Origin: Camelus ferus
Lineage: Eukaryota
Assembly (NCBI RefSeq): GCF_009834535.1
Contig: NC_045697.1
Span: forward strand, 64,296,001 to 64,360,000
Reading direction: 5' to 3'
Length of the DNA stretch: 64,000 bases
The position numbers and the translations under genes are program-made. The notes below the pieces were generated by a model that was given only the letters and a program-made list of their open reading frames with translations, was not told where the DNA came from and did not search any database. This document shows, piece by piece, positions 1 to 12,541 of the stretch (position 1 is its first letter; the number at the start of each line of letters is the position of its first letter).

Positions 1-319
1 GAAGTGGGGGCAGCTACTCCCCACATGATTCTTTATTTGGAGGAGGAAAGTCTTTCTCTGAAACCCAGCAGCTCCCACTTGTTAGAATTGAGTGAAGTAT
101 CAGGGTATTCTGAGAGAAGCACTTGGAAAGCTACTACTAAATTTCTGCGATAAAGAAAGACTTTCCCAGTGAGCGAGAAGGGCTTAGGAGGTCTATCCAG
201 GTATCTCCAAATCCACCAGCCAGGTCAGAATTAATTCTCTTCCTTCTGTACCGCACCTGCTCCTTCTGTTAGTGTCTATTTCCCCCTCTATTCAGTCTCC
301 TAAGTCATCCCCTCCTTTA

Positions 320-1030
320 CTCTACTACCCAAATTCAATTGGTTATCAAGCTCTATTTCAATTCTTAATACATCTCATATCCATTCTCTTCTTTCTATTT
401 TCAGTGCCTCAGCTATAGGTCTGAACCTCATCACTACATTATTACAAAAATGTCCTACTCAGTCCCCATACGAGGATCTTAATTCTCTTTAATGCCAGAA
501 AGATTTTATGAAATGCAAATTTCATTGTATTTTCCCCTACTTAAAGTTATTACTGGCTCCTTCTAGCTTTTAACATGAAATACAGACCAATAACTTAGCA
601 CACTGTCCTTTATCTGGTTATTGCTACATCTAGGACTTCATATCTTGCTGTTTTACCAAATGCAATTCAAAATTCTGCTATATCAGATTTAATAATATTG
701 TCTATATTTTTCACCTCTATGGCTCTGAACATATTAATCACTCTTAATAAAATCTCTTTTCCTCCATCTTTTTTCTCTAATGTAATTTATCTTTTAAGAT
801 TCAACCACATGCTCCTCCAAGAATTATTTCTTGATCTACAAATATGAATTAGGCATTCTGTTTTCCACTGCATCCTAGGCATGTATTAGTCATATAATTT
901 ATGATATTCTCATGTAATTTTTATCTGTCTAAGTCTTCAATATCATTGAGTGACATTTTTGGAAATAAGAATGGTATCTTTTTCTCTTCTATGCAACGCT
1001 AATAAGTTAATTCAAAAAGAGTTGTTGAGT
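320..1030 (+). mobile_element. LINE-2 3' fragment, highly decayed
   Basis: L2-like phrases (gccagaaagattttatgaaatgcaaat; cccctacttaaagttattactggctcc), ending in a degenerate L2 tail near 1000-1030. Confidence 0.6.
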
Positions 1031-1289
1031 GGCTACTATATAACATGCAATGTACCAGCTGTAAAAAAGTGAAAGGTAAGATATGGTTCCTGTTTTCAAG
1101 GACTTAAAACACTACAATATGGAATTTAATACAGAAATTTTATACCCCCTCCATAGCACTAATCAAAATTTGTAATTATATATTTTACCTCCAACAGACT
1201 GCACATTAATATTCACAGAAAGCATACCTCCTTTGCTTACCCTTGTAAACCTATTGTCCACATAATGCCTAGTCCAGAGAAAGCTTCAG

Positions 1290-2058
1290 TTTTTTAAAAA
1301 TATTTAAAGCAGCTATATTGAGACACACTCAGCACAAAATAAACCGTGTATATTTAAAATATACAATTTGATAAGTTTTGATATACGTATGCACCATGAA
1401 ATCATCATTGCAATCAAGATAAAGAACATATTTATCACTCAGAAAGTTTTCTTATGTCATTTTGTAGTCTATTCTTCCCCCCGGAACCAGACCCTGTCAA
1501 TTTCCCGCAACCACAAATCTGTGTTCTGTCAATGTAATTACATTTTCTAAAATTTTAGTAAATGTGATCATATAAAATGGACTCTTTTATGTCTCTGCTT
1601 TATGACCATCAGCATAATTATTCTTTTATTGTTGAATAGTAATCTATTTGTGAATTTACCATAATTGTTTATCTAGTCCTTCATTAACGATATGGGCTAT
1701 TTCCAGTTTTTGGTTATTATAAATAAAGGTGCTGTGAACATTCATGTACCTGTGTTGGTATGGACACACTCTTTGTTTTCTCTTGGGTAAATACCTTGAG
1801 TGGAATATCTGAGTCATATGTAGGCATATGTCTAACTTTCAAGAAACTGTCAAACTCTTTTCCAAACTGATCATATAATTTTATGTTCCCACCAACAATG
1901 TGTAAGAATTCTGTTTTCCTTCATGTTCTTGCCAACACTTGATATGTTTAGACTTTGAATTTTAAATGTTTTTATAGGAGGTAGTAGTATGTCATCATGG
2001 TTTTAACTTGTATTTTTCTAATTACTGATGATGTTGAGCATTTTTCATGTGCTTATTT
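1290..2058 (-). mobile_element. Old LINE-1 (L1MC/MD/ME-like) 3' end
   Basis: Antisense L1 3' UTR/ORF2 C-terminal text (ttccagtttttggttattataaataaaggtgctgtgaacattcatgtac; gatgttgagcattttttcatgtgcttatt). Confidence 0.8.
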
Positions 2059-3948
2059 GTGGGAAAATTTCAAGCATTGTAATATATTTGAATTCAGAGT
2101 TTCCAAAGGAGAGGAAAGACAAAATGGTCAGCAAAAAATGTTTGGAAAAAAACAGACAAAATATTTTATAAATGTGAAGAAACATATAAACCCACAATGC
2201 AAGAATCTCAATGTACTTCAAGTACGAAAAAACAGAGAAACTATAATAAAGTGCACTGTCATCAAATTCCTCAAAACCAAAACTAAAGAAAAAATTGTAT
2301 AAGGAGAATGAAAAACAAAAATACATTTTGAACAGAAGGATGGCTGCAGATTTATCACTGGAAATGATACAAGTGAGAAGTAAGTATTGCAACATCTTTA
2401 ATGCATCATTAGAAACTATAAACCCAGAATTATATACCCAGCAATACTTCAAAATAAAGTTAAAAAGAAGTTTTTATAAGACATACAAAAGCTGAAAAAA
2501 TTATCACCAGTAGATCCCCAGTATAAGAGTTCCTTGGGCAAAAGAAAAATGATCCAGATTAAAATTTTAATCATTAGAAATTAAAATTGCCCTTGTCTAC
2601 AAGAAAAAAAATTGAGCACCAGAAATGGTAACTTAATGAGTAAATATACAAGAATTTTTTCTTATTATTTAATCTTCGTAAAAGATTAGTACCTGTTTAA
2701 GTAAAAATAAAGTAATAAAGTCTGAGATTTATAGCTTAAGTAAAAATAAAACATATGATAATAAAATGGCAAAAAAAAATAGCAAAAAGGAGAAAACTGA
2801 AAATAGTTTTATGGTTCTTACAAAATTTAGGCAAAGTAGTGTATGTTCTCTAGTAGATAATCATTGGACGTTAAAGATATATAGTACAAACCATAAAAAA
2901 AAACCACTCAAATAATGAAAGCTTGTGCTATAACCAAAATATCAACAAAGGAAATAAAAATTAACAATTAATCCAAAGGAAGGCAGAAAAATAGAACATG
3001 CCAAAAGATCAGATGCCTCAAAAATACATCAGTAGCTCTATGATGAATTTAAACCAAACCATATCAATAATCACAGTAAGCATAAATGCTCTAAGTAATC
3101 TCAAATTAAAGGTATATAGATATATCAACCAATAGATAGATATAAAAGCAAAAACCTATCTATGCTGCTTATAAGAAATGCACTTCAAATATAAAGAAAC
3201 AAACAGGCTAAAAGTAAATTGATTGAAAAAGATACAACATATTAATACAAATCAAAAGATTGCTGCAATGTTTATACAAATATTATACAAAATAAAAATT
3301 TCAGAACAAATATCATTATGGATGAGAGTCATTTCTTAATGACAAAGTAGTAAATTCACCAAAAGTATGTAATGATCATAAATGTTTATAGAACTAATAA
3401 CATATCCTCAGAATAAATTAAGCAAAACCTATTAGAATTGCAAGTCTACAAGTCTATGGCCTTAATGAGAGATATCTAGACCCCTTTATCAGTATTTTAT
3501 AGAACAAGTAGACAGAAAATCAGTAAGTATATGGAAGAATTGAAAAAAATACTCTCAATGAACCTGATATAATTGACATTTATAGACCAATCCACCCAGC
3601 AACAGTGGGATACACTTTTTTTTACAAGCACTCACTGAACATTTACCAAGAGCTTCTATATTTTGAGTCCTAAAACGTCTCCATCAATTTAAAAGGATTT
3701 GAGTCATACAAACTATGATTTCTGATCACTGGTGGAATAAACTGGAAATCAATTAGCAGGAAGAAAAATCCTGAAAATCTGTAAATGTTTGAAAACTTAA
3801 TAATATACTCCAAGTCATAGAAGAACTCAAAAGGAAAAAGAGAGTACATTTGGTAGAAAATGAAATAAAATAATCACCTATCAGAATTTGTGAATTACTA
3901 CTTAAAGAGTGCTTAGGAGAAATATATAGTACTAATGGACTATTCTAT
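2059..3948 (+). mobile_element. Old LINE-1, ORF1 3' half through ORF2 endonuclease region (left part; resumes at about 8460)
   Basis: ORF 2295..2495 resembles the L1 ORF1 C-terminus (RMAADLSLEMIQVR); EN-like DNA tatgctgcttataagaaatgcacttcaaatataaag near 3160; breaks at gtgcttaggagaaatatatagtactaatg. Confidence 0.8.
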
Positions 3949-4070
3949 TTATTTTTGTCTTATCTCTTTCTTTTTCTTTTTTAAAATTGATGTGTAGTTG
4001 ATTTACAATACTATTTTGTTTCAGATGCACAGTATAGTCATTCAGTATTTTTACAGAGTATACTCCATTA

Positions 4071-4572
4071 TCAACAGCTGATTGGTTTAAGAAGATATGG
4101 TATATATATACATATACAATAGAATATTACTTGGCCAAAAAAAGAATGAAATATTGCTATATGCAGCAACACGGATGGACCCAGAGAATTACATACTGAG
4201 TAATCAGAAAAAGAAAGACAAATATTGTATGATATCACTTATATGCAGAATCTAAAAAATAATACAAATGAATATATACACAAAACAGAAATAGACTCAC
4301 AAACATAGAAAACAAACTTAGGGTTACCAAAAGGGAAGGGGAGGCAGGGAGGGATAAAATAGGAGTACAGGACTAACAGATACAAACTACTGTCCATAAA
4401 GTAGATAAGCAACAAGGATTCACTGTATAACACAGGAAGCTATATTCAGTATCTTGTAATAATCTATAATGGAAAAGAATCCGAAAAAATATATATATAT
4501 ATAAACTGAATCACTTTGCTATACATATGAAACTAACACAATATTGTAAATCAAATAGTCTTCAATAAATAA
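4071..4572 (+). mobile_element. 5'-truncated LINE-1 3' end nested in the 3' UTR of the minus-strand L1
   Basis: Typical 3' UTR (gggagggataaaataggag...tgaatcactttgctatacatatgaaactaacacaatattgtaaatcaa...ttcaataaa); host sequence tactccatta|aagtaattacaaaataatagcta is continuous across it. Confidence 0.85.
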
Positions 4573-7387
4573 GTAATTACAAAATAATAGCTATAATGCA
4601 CTGTGCTATACAATATATCCTTATTGCTTATCCTTATTATACACAGTAGTTTGTATCTCTTAGTCCCATACCCCTATATTCTTCTCCCCCTTCTCTCCCC
4701 CCACAAATAACGCTTGTTTGCCTTCTGTATCTGTGAATCTGTTTCTGCTTTGCTATATACATTTGTATGTTTTATTTTTTAGATTCCACATGTGAGTGAT
4801 ACTATACAGTATTTATCTTTCTCTGTCTCACTTATTTCACAAAACAATATTCTCTAGGTCCATCCACATTGTTGTAAATGGCAGAATTTCATTCTTTTTT
4901 TATGGCTGAGCAATAGTCCATTGTGTATATATACCACAACTTTTTTTAATCCAATTATCTGTCAATGGACATTTAGGTGGCTTCCATATCTTGGCTATTG
5001 TAAATATTGCTGCTTTCAACATTGGGGTGCATGAATCTTTTTGAATTAGTGTTCTTATTTTTCCCAGATATATACCAAAAAGTGGGATTGCTGAATCATA
5101 CAGTTGTTCTATTTTCAGTTTTTTGAGGAACCTCCATACAGTTTTCCATAGTGGTTGCACCAATATACATTGCCACCAACAGTGTTCAAGGGTTCCTATT
5201 TCCCCATGTCTTCTCCAACATTTGTTATTTGTAGACTTTTTAATGATAGACATTCTGACAGGTGTGACATGATACCTTGTGGTTTTGACTTGCATTTTTC
5301 TAATGATTAGCAATGTTAAGCATCTTTTTATGTGCCTATTAGCCCATTCTTTAGGAAAATGTATATTCAGGTCTTCTGCTCATTTTTATTCAGTTAATTT
5401 TTTAAAATATTGAGTTGTATGAACTGTTTGTATATTTTGGATATTAAGCCCTTGTTGGTTGAATCATTTGCAAATATTTCCTTCCATTCCATAGGTTCTC
5501 TTTTTGCTTTGTTGATGATTTCCTTTACTGTTAAATTAGGTCCTGTGTGTTTATTTTTGCTTTGTTTCCTTTGCCTTAAGAGCTACATCGAAAAATACTG
5601 CTACAGTTTATGTCAAAGAGTGTTCTGCCTATGCTTTCTTTCAGGAGTTTTATGGTTTTAGGTCTTATATTCAGGTCTTTAATCCCTTTTGAGTTTATTT
5701 TTATAAATAGTTTGAGGAAATGTTCTAATTTCATTGCTTTACATGTAGCTGTCCAGTTTTTCCTGCCTCATTTAAGAGATTGTCTTTTCTCCATTGTATA
5801 TTCTTGCCTCCTTCGTCATAGATTAATTGATCACAGGTGCATGGGTTGATTTTTGGGCTCTTTATTCTGTTCCATTGATCTACATGGCTGTTTCTGTGCC
5901 AGTACCAAGGTGTTTTAATTACTATAGTTTTGTGGTATAGTCTGAACTCTTGGGAAGGTGGTAGCTCCAGCTTTGCTTTCTTTTCTCAAGACTGCTTTGG
6001 CAATTTGTGGCTCCATATAAATTTTAAGGTTATTTGCTCTAGTTCTGTCAAAAAATATCATGTGCATTTTGATAGGGATTGCATTAAATCTGTAGATTTC
6101 TTTGTCTAGTATGGTTATTTTAACAATATTAATTCTTCCTTTCTGTTTCTCTAATTGAGTTATTAGTGTATAGAAAAGCAACAGATTTCTATATATTAAT
6201 CTTGTATCTGCAAATATGCTGAATGCATTTATTAAGTGTAATAGTTTTGGGGAGGAGTCTTCTATACAAAATATCATGTCATCTGCAAATAGTGACAGTT
6301 TTACATCTTCCTTTACAATTTCAATGCCTTTTATTTTTTTTTTTTTTCTTGTCTGACTGATGTGCCTGGGACTTCCAATATTATGCTGAATAGAAATGGT
6401 GAGTAGGGACATCCTTGTAATGTTCCTAAATCTTAGAGGTAAGGCTTTCGGCATTTCACCATTAGTTATGATATTAGCTGTGGGTTTGTCATAAATGGAC
6501 TTTATTATGCTGAGATATGTTCCCGCTCTATATACTTTGTTGAGAGTTTTTATTAATAACAGATTTTGCCTTTTGTCAAATATTTTATCCGCATCTATGG
6601 AGATGCTCATGTGATTTTTATCCTTCCTTTTGTTTGGTGTATCACATTGATTGATTTCCAATACTGAGCCATCTATGGATCCCTAGAATAAATCCAACTT
6701 AATCATGGTGTATGATCCCTCTTATATATTGTTGGATTAGTCTGGTAATACTTTGTTGAGAATTTTTGCATCTATATTCATCATAGATATTGGCCTGTGA
6801 TTTGCTGTTTTTGTACTGCATTTGTCTGGTTTTAGTATCAGGGCAATGATGCCTCATAGAATGAATTTGGAAGTATTCCCTCCTCTTCAATTTTTTGAAA
6901 AAGTTTGAAAAGGATAGGTATTAGCTCTTCTTTCTATGTTTGGCAGAATTCCCTGTGATGATGTCTGGTTCTGGACTTTTTTGCACGCTGGGAGTTTTTA
7001 AATTACAAGTTGAATTTCACTACTAGTTATTAATTTGTTCAAATTATTTCTCCTTGATTCAGTTTTGTTAGGTTTTATGTCTCTAGAAATCTGTCCATTT
7101 CTTCTGTCCAATTTGTTGGCATATAACTGTTTATAGTATTCTCTTATGATTTTTTGTATCTCTGTGGTATCAATTGTTATGTCTCCTCTTTCATTTCTTA
7201 TTTTGTTTATTTGGGTCCCCTCTCTTTTCTTCTTGGTAAGCCTGGTTGAAGTTTTATCAATTTTATCTTTTCAAAAACCAACTCTTGGTTTCATTGGTCT
7301 TTCCAATTGTTTTCTTGAGCTCTATTTTATTTATTTTCTGTCTTATCTTTATTATTTCCTTCCCTCCACTGACTTTGAGCTTTGGTT

Positions 7388-7443
7388 TTGTTGTTGTTGT
7401 TGCTGTTGTTGTTGTTGTTGTTGTTTTCTTCTTCTTCTTCTTC
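7388..7443. repeat. (TTG)n-(TTC)n compound microsatellite inside L1
   Basis: Seen directly in the sequence. Confidence 0.9.
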
Positions 7444-7644
7444 TTTTTCTAATTCCTTTCAGTGTTAGGTTATACTGTTTTTTTGAGATTTTTCTTGATT
7501 CCTGAGGAAGGCCTGTTATCACTATAAATTTCCTTGTTAGAACTGGTTTTGCTGCATCCCATAGATTTTGGAGTGTTGTGTTTCCATTTTCATTTGTTTG
7601 AAGATGTTTTCTAATTTCCTCTTTGATTTCTTCATTGATCCATT

Positions 7645-7645
<1 letters not shown>

Positions 7646-7676
<31 letters not shown>
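7646..7676. repeat. (TTG)n microsatellite inside L1
   Basis: Seen directly in the sequence. Confidence 0.9.
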
Positions 7677-7677
<1 letters not shown>

Positions 7678-8459
7678 TAGTGGTAGCATGTTGTTTAGTT
7701 CTCCTTGTGTTTATTCTTTTCCTATTTTCTTTCTGTAACTGATTTCTAGTTTCGTACCATTGTGGTTGGAAAAAAACCTGGGTATAATTTATATCCTCTT
7801 ACATTTGTTGAGACTTGTTTTACAGCCTAGCATGCAATCTATCCTAGAGAATGTTTCATGTGCACTTATAAAGATTGTGTATTCTGCTTTTTGGGGATGT
7901 AATGTCTTGTAGATATATAGTAATACCAACTATTAATCTATTGTGTCATTTAAGACCACTGGGGCTGGGACATGCACTGAGGTGGTCATGGGAAGCCCAG
8001 TAGTTGCTAGAGAAGAAGTTGCTGCTTCAAGGGCAAGCCAGAACATGTGTGGTCCTCAGGAGTGGAGTCCAGGCTTCCCACAGCCATCCTGTCAAACCCA
8101 GCAGTTCTGCAACCTCTCCCCTGCACATGACCCCAGGGCTGGAGCACCCAGTCTATGGCTCTCATCACTCAATCTCCAAGGTTGGAGTCTGCTTTTGTAT
8201 TTTCCCTTTTCTTCCAAGTCCCCTCCCATGAGCAAAGGTCCCAACCCTATTGCTTTTCTTTTCTTCCTACTCTATTACATGTATATCTTTCTTATAGACT
8301 TAGTTATACAAGAGTCCTTCTGTGATTTTCCAGTTAGTTTTTAGTAAGAATTGTTCCACATGTGGATGTTTTTTGATACATTCATGGGAGGAGGTGAACT
8401 CCATGTCCTCTTACCCTGCCATCTTGATCTATTCTCCCCACATACCACTGATTATTTTA

Positions 8460-8850
8460 TAAAAAAAAAAAAAAAAAAAAAGAAGTCTCAATTAAATTAT
8501 TTAACTGGAAACTAGGTAAAGATGAACAAATTAAAACAAAAGTAATCAGAAGAGAGAAAGTAATAAAGATCAGAACAAATATAATAAAGTAGAAAAAATA
8601 AGAACAGAGAAAATAAGTAAAACCATAATTCTTCAGAAGATTAATAAAATTGATGACTTCTGAGCCAGACTAATCAGGGAAAAATAAAACAAAAGAGAGA
8701 ATAATGCTTAATAATATCAGGAATAAGAGATGTGACATGACTGCTGATTCTATTGCTATTAAAAGGATAATAAGGAAATATGAACAATTTTAGTTCAGTA
8801 AATTTGGTAATTTGTATGAAAAGGACAGATTCTTTGAAAGACAAACAATG
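8460..8850 (+). mobile_element. Continuation of the old LINE-1 ORF2 (right part)
   Basis: agaagtctcaatt...aaactaggtaaagatgaacaaattaaaacaaaag...taataaagatcagaac continues the ORF2 sequence interrupted at about 3948. Confidence 0.75.
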
Positions 8851-11029
8851 ACAGATTGGTAATTAACTTTCAGGACTCTTATTTACATTACCTCATTCAT
8901 GCTTTTTACCTCTGGAAAGAAAAGGGTTAACGTTATCTTGCAACCTACTACCCACTCCTTTTATACATGGGAGACACCTGATGATCTTGACCAGACCTCC
9001 TTATATACATGCTAATATTATTTGTAAGAAGGACAGGGATACCCCTGTCTAAAAATGCTTTTTAGCAGGACATATCTGGTGTGTCTAGATAACTTATTAC
9101 AAACCAGCCTATATTTATGGATTTTGCATGGATAGCTGGGAAATGGGAAATAAAATATATTGTTCTATACATGTAACAAATGAATTAGAGATAGGACTCC
9201 CCAATAAAAAATGGCTTCTTTTGTAAACAATGTTCCTGTATACAATGTCTACAATTTGTCTGTTTATCTGAATCCAAAAACTACCTGTAATATAGGAGAA
9301 TAGGACATTTTTTGGAAGCTGTGTTTAATGAATTGGGGCTTCTCCAGAAAACTGCTATAACTGTATTTTGTTCTATCTTGTATCTTTGAAATCATTAGTA
9401 AAGTTTGACATTGGGAAAGATGTATAACTTGCATATATCGACTGGACAATTCAGTGCTTTGTATTAACATGAGTTCACCTTGCCTACTATAGTTTTAATG
9501 TATAGAAGATATTGTGAAATGTTTTGATATTGATTGTTTGTAACCTGAAATAAAACAAGAGCATCCACTTTTTTGGTCAGTGTTACATAGACACTAGACA
9601 TCCATATACATGCGGATGTGACACAAGTTAACCTGTAACATAAAATATATAATATAATGTAAACATTTTATAATATTTTTCATGTAATCTCCAACAATTT
9701 CTTTACACAGAGTGATGTTTTATACTGTGATATATCATATATTACACCAAAATATTTACTGTGGTTAAAATTTTATACATATAAAATTTCTAATCTTTAA
9801 ATAATTTCAAAAGTAAGTAATTTATATTTAGCACACTGTTAGTCTAGAATATTATTTTGTGGGACTTACTTTAGTGTGCAAGGAATTTTTTTACGCTAAT
9901 TTTTTCCCATACCCTTTTAATAGAAAGTTCCAATACCTGGGATTCTAGGAATTTTGTGTCATTTTGGTTCAATGCTATTCTGGATTCAGATATAACGGTG
10001 TGAAGTTTGATGCTGTTTGAAGGAACTAGGGTTCATCTTGTGTGATGCTTTGAAATTGAGAAGAATGGGCCTTCCTATATTTGGAAGTGCCCTGGCAGTG
10101 AGCAAAGGGTAAAGAAAATCACTGCAGAAATGCTGTTTGTTCAGTTCAAAAAGCAGCTTGCTATTTTATGGGCCATTTTTATTCTTTGACTAGCTTCCCT
10201 GGAGAGATTCAAATAAAGAGATTTGAAATATACCAGGTTGAAAGGCTGAATATGTCAAGAGTATGGATCACTGAAGCAAGATCTTCATCTTGCAGCTTAA
10301 TTTTCTGGCTGGAGCACTTTACAAATGAATGGAGACATTCGTGGTTACTGCTGATGCCTCAGACTCCAGGAACATCAATGAGTCTCCAAGGGATTCAAAA
10401 TATTTCACCACATTGAACATCAATGGGAAGGCTCTCTTTAGCAGAACAGATGCTACAAACCTTACCAAATCTCCAAATTTCTCCTTCCAATAATGTATAC
10501 TTTGTTACACTATACAGCATCGATGAAGATAAACAAATTGTAAACAGATTTTGTTTATCATTTTATGAAACAGGGAAACTGCTTTCCCTGTTGCATAAAG
10601 TAACTGTGCTTTAAAACAGGCAATATTGAGCTGTGTATCCTTTGAATATTTCTACTTCATTTTAATTTTTATGTCATTAATCCTCCTATGGTGTTGAGCA
10701 GAAAGCACAAGTGCTGAACTCTGTGGTGCTTTGCATTTGAGGTGATTCAGTAATTGTGCTATAGTTATATAAAGATCTAAAATCCTTTTTATGCAGAATT
10801 TATTGATTGACAATGAATGTACTTTCCAACTCTATCAGGGAGACCCTGAAGTGGAATAGTGGATTTGAAGTTCAATGAAATAAATTAAAAGAATATTTCT
10901 AGGTGTTTGCTGTTTGAGAAATAACTTTTGGCTTGCTACAGGGCCACAGGATACCACATAACATGTGACCTAAGCAGTCTCACTTGAATGAGATATACTT
11001 AGTAAACCTAACCTAAGGTTTGGCTTGCC

Positions 11030-12540
11030 CATCAGGCCTCTGTCATTATGCAGGGACAGGAACGGGTCCAAGCATATACTAAAGGCAAAAATAAAATAAA
11101 ATCCAACTTCTCTCATACTCCATATACATCTGTATCTTGCCACATTGCAGCTCCCACTTCAGGCCGTAAATATGACTTCACGAAGAGATTTCTATAACCA
11201 GCTCAAAGAGGAGGAAATAGTTGAATCCTGCCTTAGCAATGATTCTGCCTGATGTCTGCCACGAGCTATAACTGGGCTGCTACAGTATGCCTTTCCCATC
11301 CAAGAATGTCTCTTGAAGACAGTGGAGAGGGTCAGTCTTCCACATAGCAGTCCTGTCCACTTATCCTAGCAGGATGGATGGCTCACCATTGGATTTATTA
11401 TGGTTTATGCTTGGTGTCTAAAGTTTTGACAAGATGATTCAAATAGGGACTTGAAAAGAAAAAAACTGGACATTGGATGACAAGGAGGTTTTAGAATGAA
11501 GCATGACACTGTATTTTCTGAATGAGTCTTGCCTCTGGTTTTCGTATTTATGATAGTACCTCTATCCTTGAGCACATTAAATGCCTAATGCCACATATTC
11601 TCCAACAAAACATTTCTCATTTTCTAGAAAGGAAGCAGATCAGTGGCCTGATACCTTAGCAGTTTGGGGTCTTCTAATATACTGTGTATTATACAGATTG
11701 CTAATATAGAATAGTAGGGAATATTTATTGGATAAAAATACATTCTAGATTGCTCAGGATAGTATCTATAAACTGTTCCTTTTTCAATAATTTTCAATAG
11801 TGTCCTCTCACTCATAAAAATGTCCTTTGGATGGCATATTATGTGATACTCTATTTAGTAAACCCATTTTTGATACACCTAGGAAGTAATATTTTATACT
11901 ACCATATAGAGTAGGCTTTACTGGAAGTGTGCTGTTAACTTATACAGGCAACAATAGCCTAAATAATGGCTCTCATTCCTCAGATTAAGGTTTGGCTTAG
12001 ATTACCAAAAATAGAACCCAGACTAACAACACACCACTAACTGGTAAAGCATACCTGCAATGGGTAGTAAAGAAGGGAACTATAAACCAGAGCCATTGCC
12101 TTGTGACCAGTTGTAGGAATAAGAACTCTATCCTTCATCAGTCTTCTGTCTTGCTCTGTCATAAACATATATATGCTTTAACTAATTTCTTTTTTCTGTC
12201 AACATTGTATAAAGAAAATGTTTAATGGTGGATCTTTTTTATGAATTAGTCCATAAATTATATAACAGGAGAAATGTTGACACAACTAGAGGAGATGCTG
12301 ACATCCTGGACTTGGACCCAGAAATGAATTTTAGTTTTCTTTGGAAAGGATGTTTCCATTATGTTTTGTGGGAGCCTTATTTTTATTCTTGTTTCTGTTA
12401 TTTGAAGATGTAATGGTGAAAGAAAATACATATGAATAAATGTTACCACTCCAGAAAGGTGGTATTGTTTTTTTAAAAACAAACATTTATGGTTTATCTA
12501 AAAGGCATTCATTCTCACTTTGTATAGAGGGGGTAAAAAT
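11030..12540 (+). mobile_element. ERV-L internal remnant (RNase H and integrase C-terminal relics)
   Basis: tataaccagctcaaagaggaggaa (YNQLKEEE; cf. ERV-L YDQLTEEE); gaagacagtggagagggtcagtcttcc (EDSGEGQSS; cf. KDSGEGKSSQWAE); tgggtagtaaagaaggg...tgtgaccagttg (cf. WVVEEG...RDQLQ); purine tract agagggggt before the LTR. Confidence 0.75.
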
Positions 12541-12541
12541 C

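Larger units (their letters stand above)
3949..8439 (-). mobile_element. LINE-1 (cetartiodactyl-type) with 5' UTR, ORF2 and 3' UTR but no ORF1; inserted into the older L1
   Basis: ORF2 fragments 4900..5313 ([11 protein letters not shown]...CWR), 5915..6661 (VKLSLFADDMI RT motif) and 6699..6890; 5' start ggggagaatagatcaagatggc on the minus strand at 8439; T-rich tail about 3949-3982. Confidence 0.9.

Noticed and set aside
5915..6661. 248-aa ORF with an FADD reverse-transcriptase motif
   Set aside because: Frameshifted, internally deleted L1 ORF2 fragment; not a functional or novel RT gene.
7146..7505. ORFs with poly-Cys/Leu or poly-Val/Phe runs
   Set aside because: Antisense L1 read through (TTG)n/(TTC)n microsatellites.
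8460..8481. Poly(A) run suggesting a retrocopy tail
   Set aside because: It sits in an A-rich stretch of the host L1 ORF2 beside the 5' end of an opposite-strand L1; no upstream mRNA-like body.
1290..8850. Possible giant twin-primed L1 (minus-strand 3' end joined to plus-strand ORF1-ORF2)
   Set aside because: No TSD found, and the arms are far apart on the L1 map; two separate elements is the simpler reading.
10168..10614. Two consecutive plus-strand ORFs (82 and 63 aa) in unique DNA
   Set aside because: No recognisable homology or exon structure; lengths are within chance expectation.
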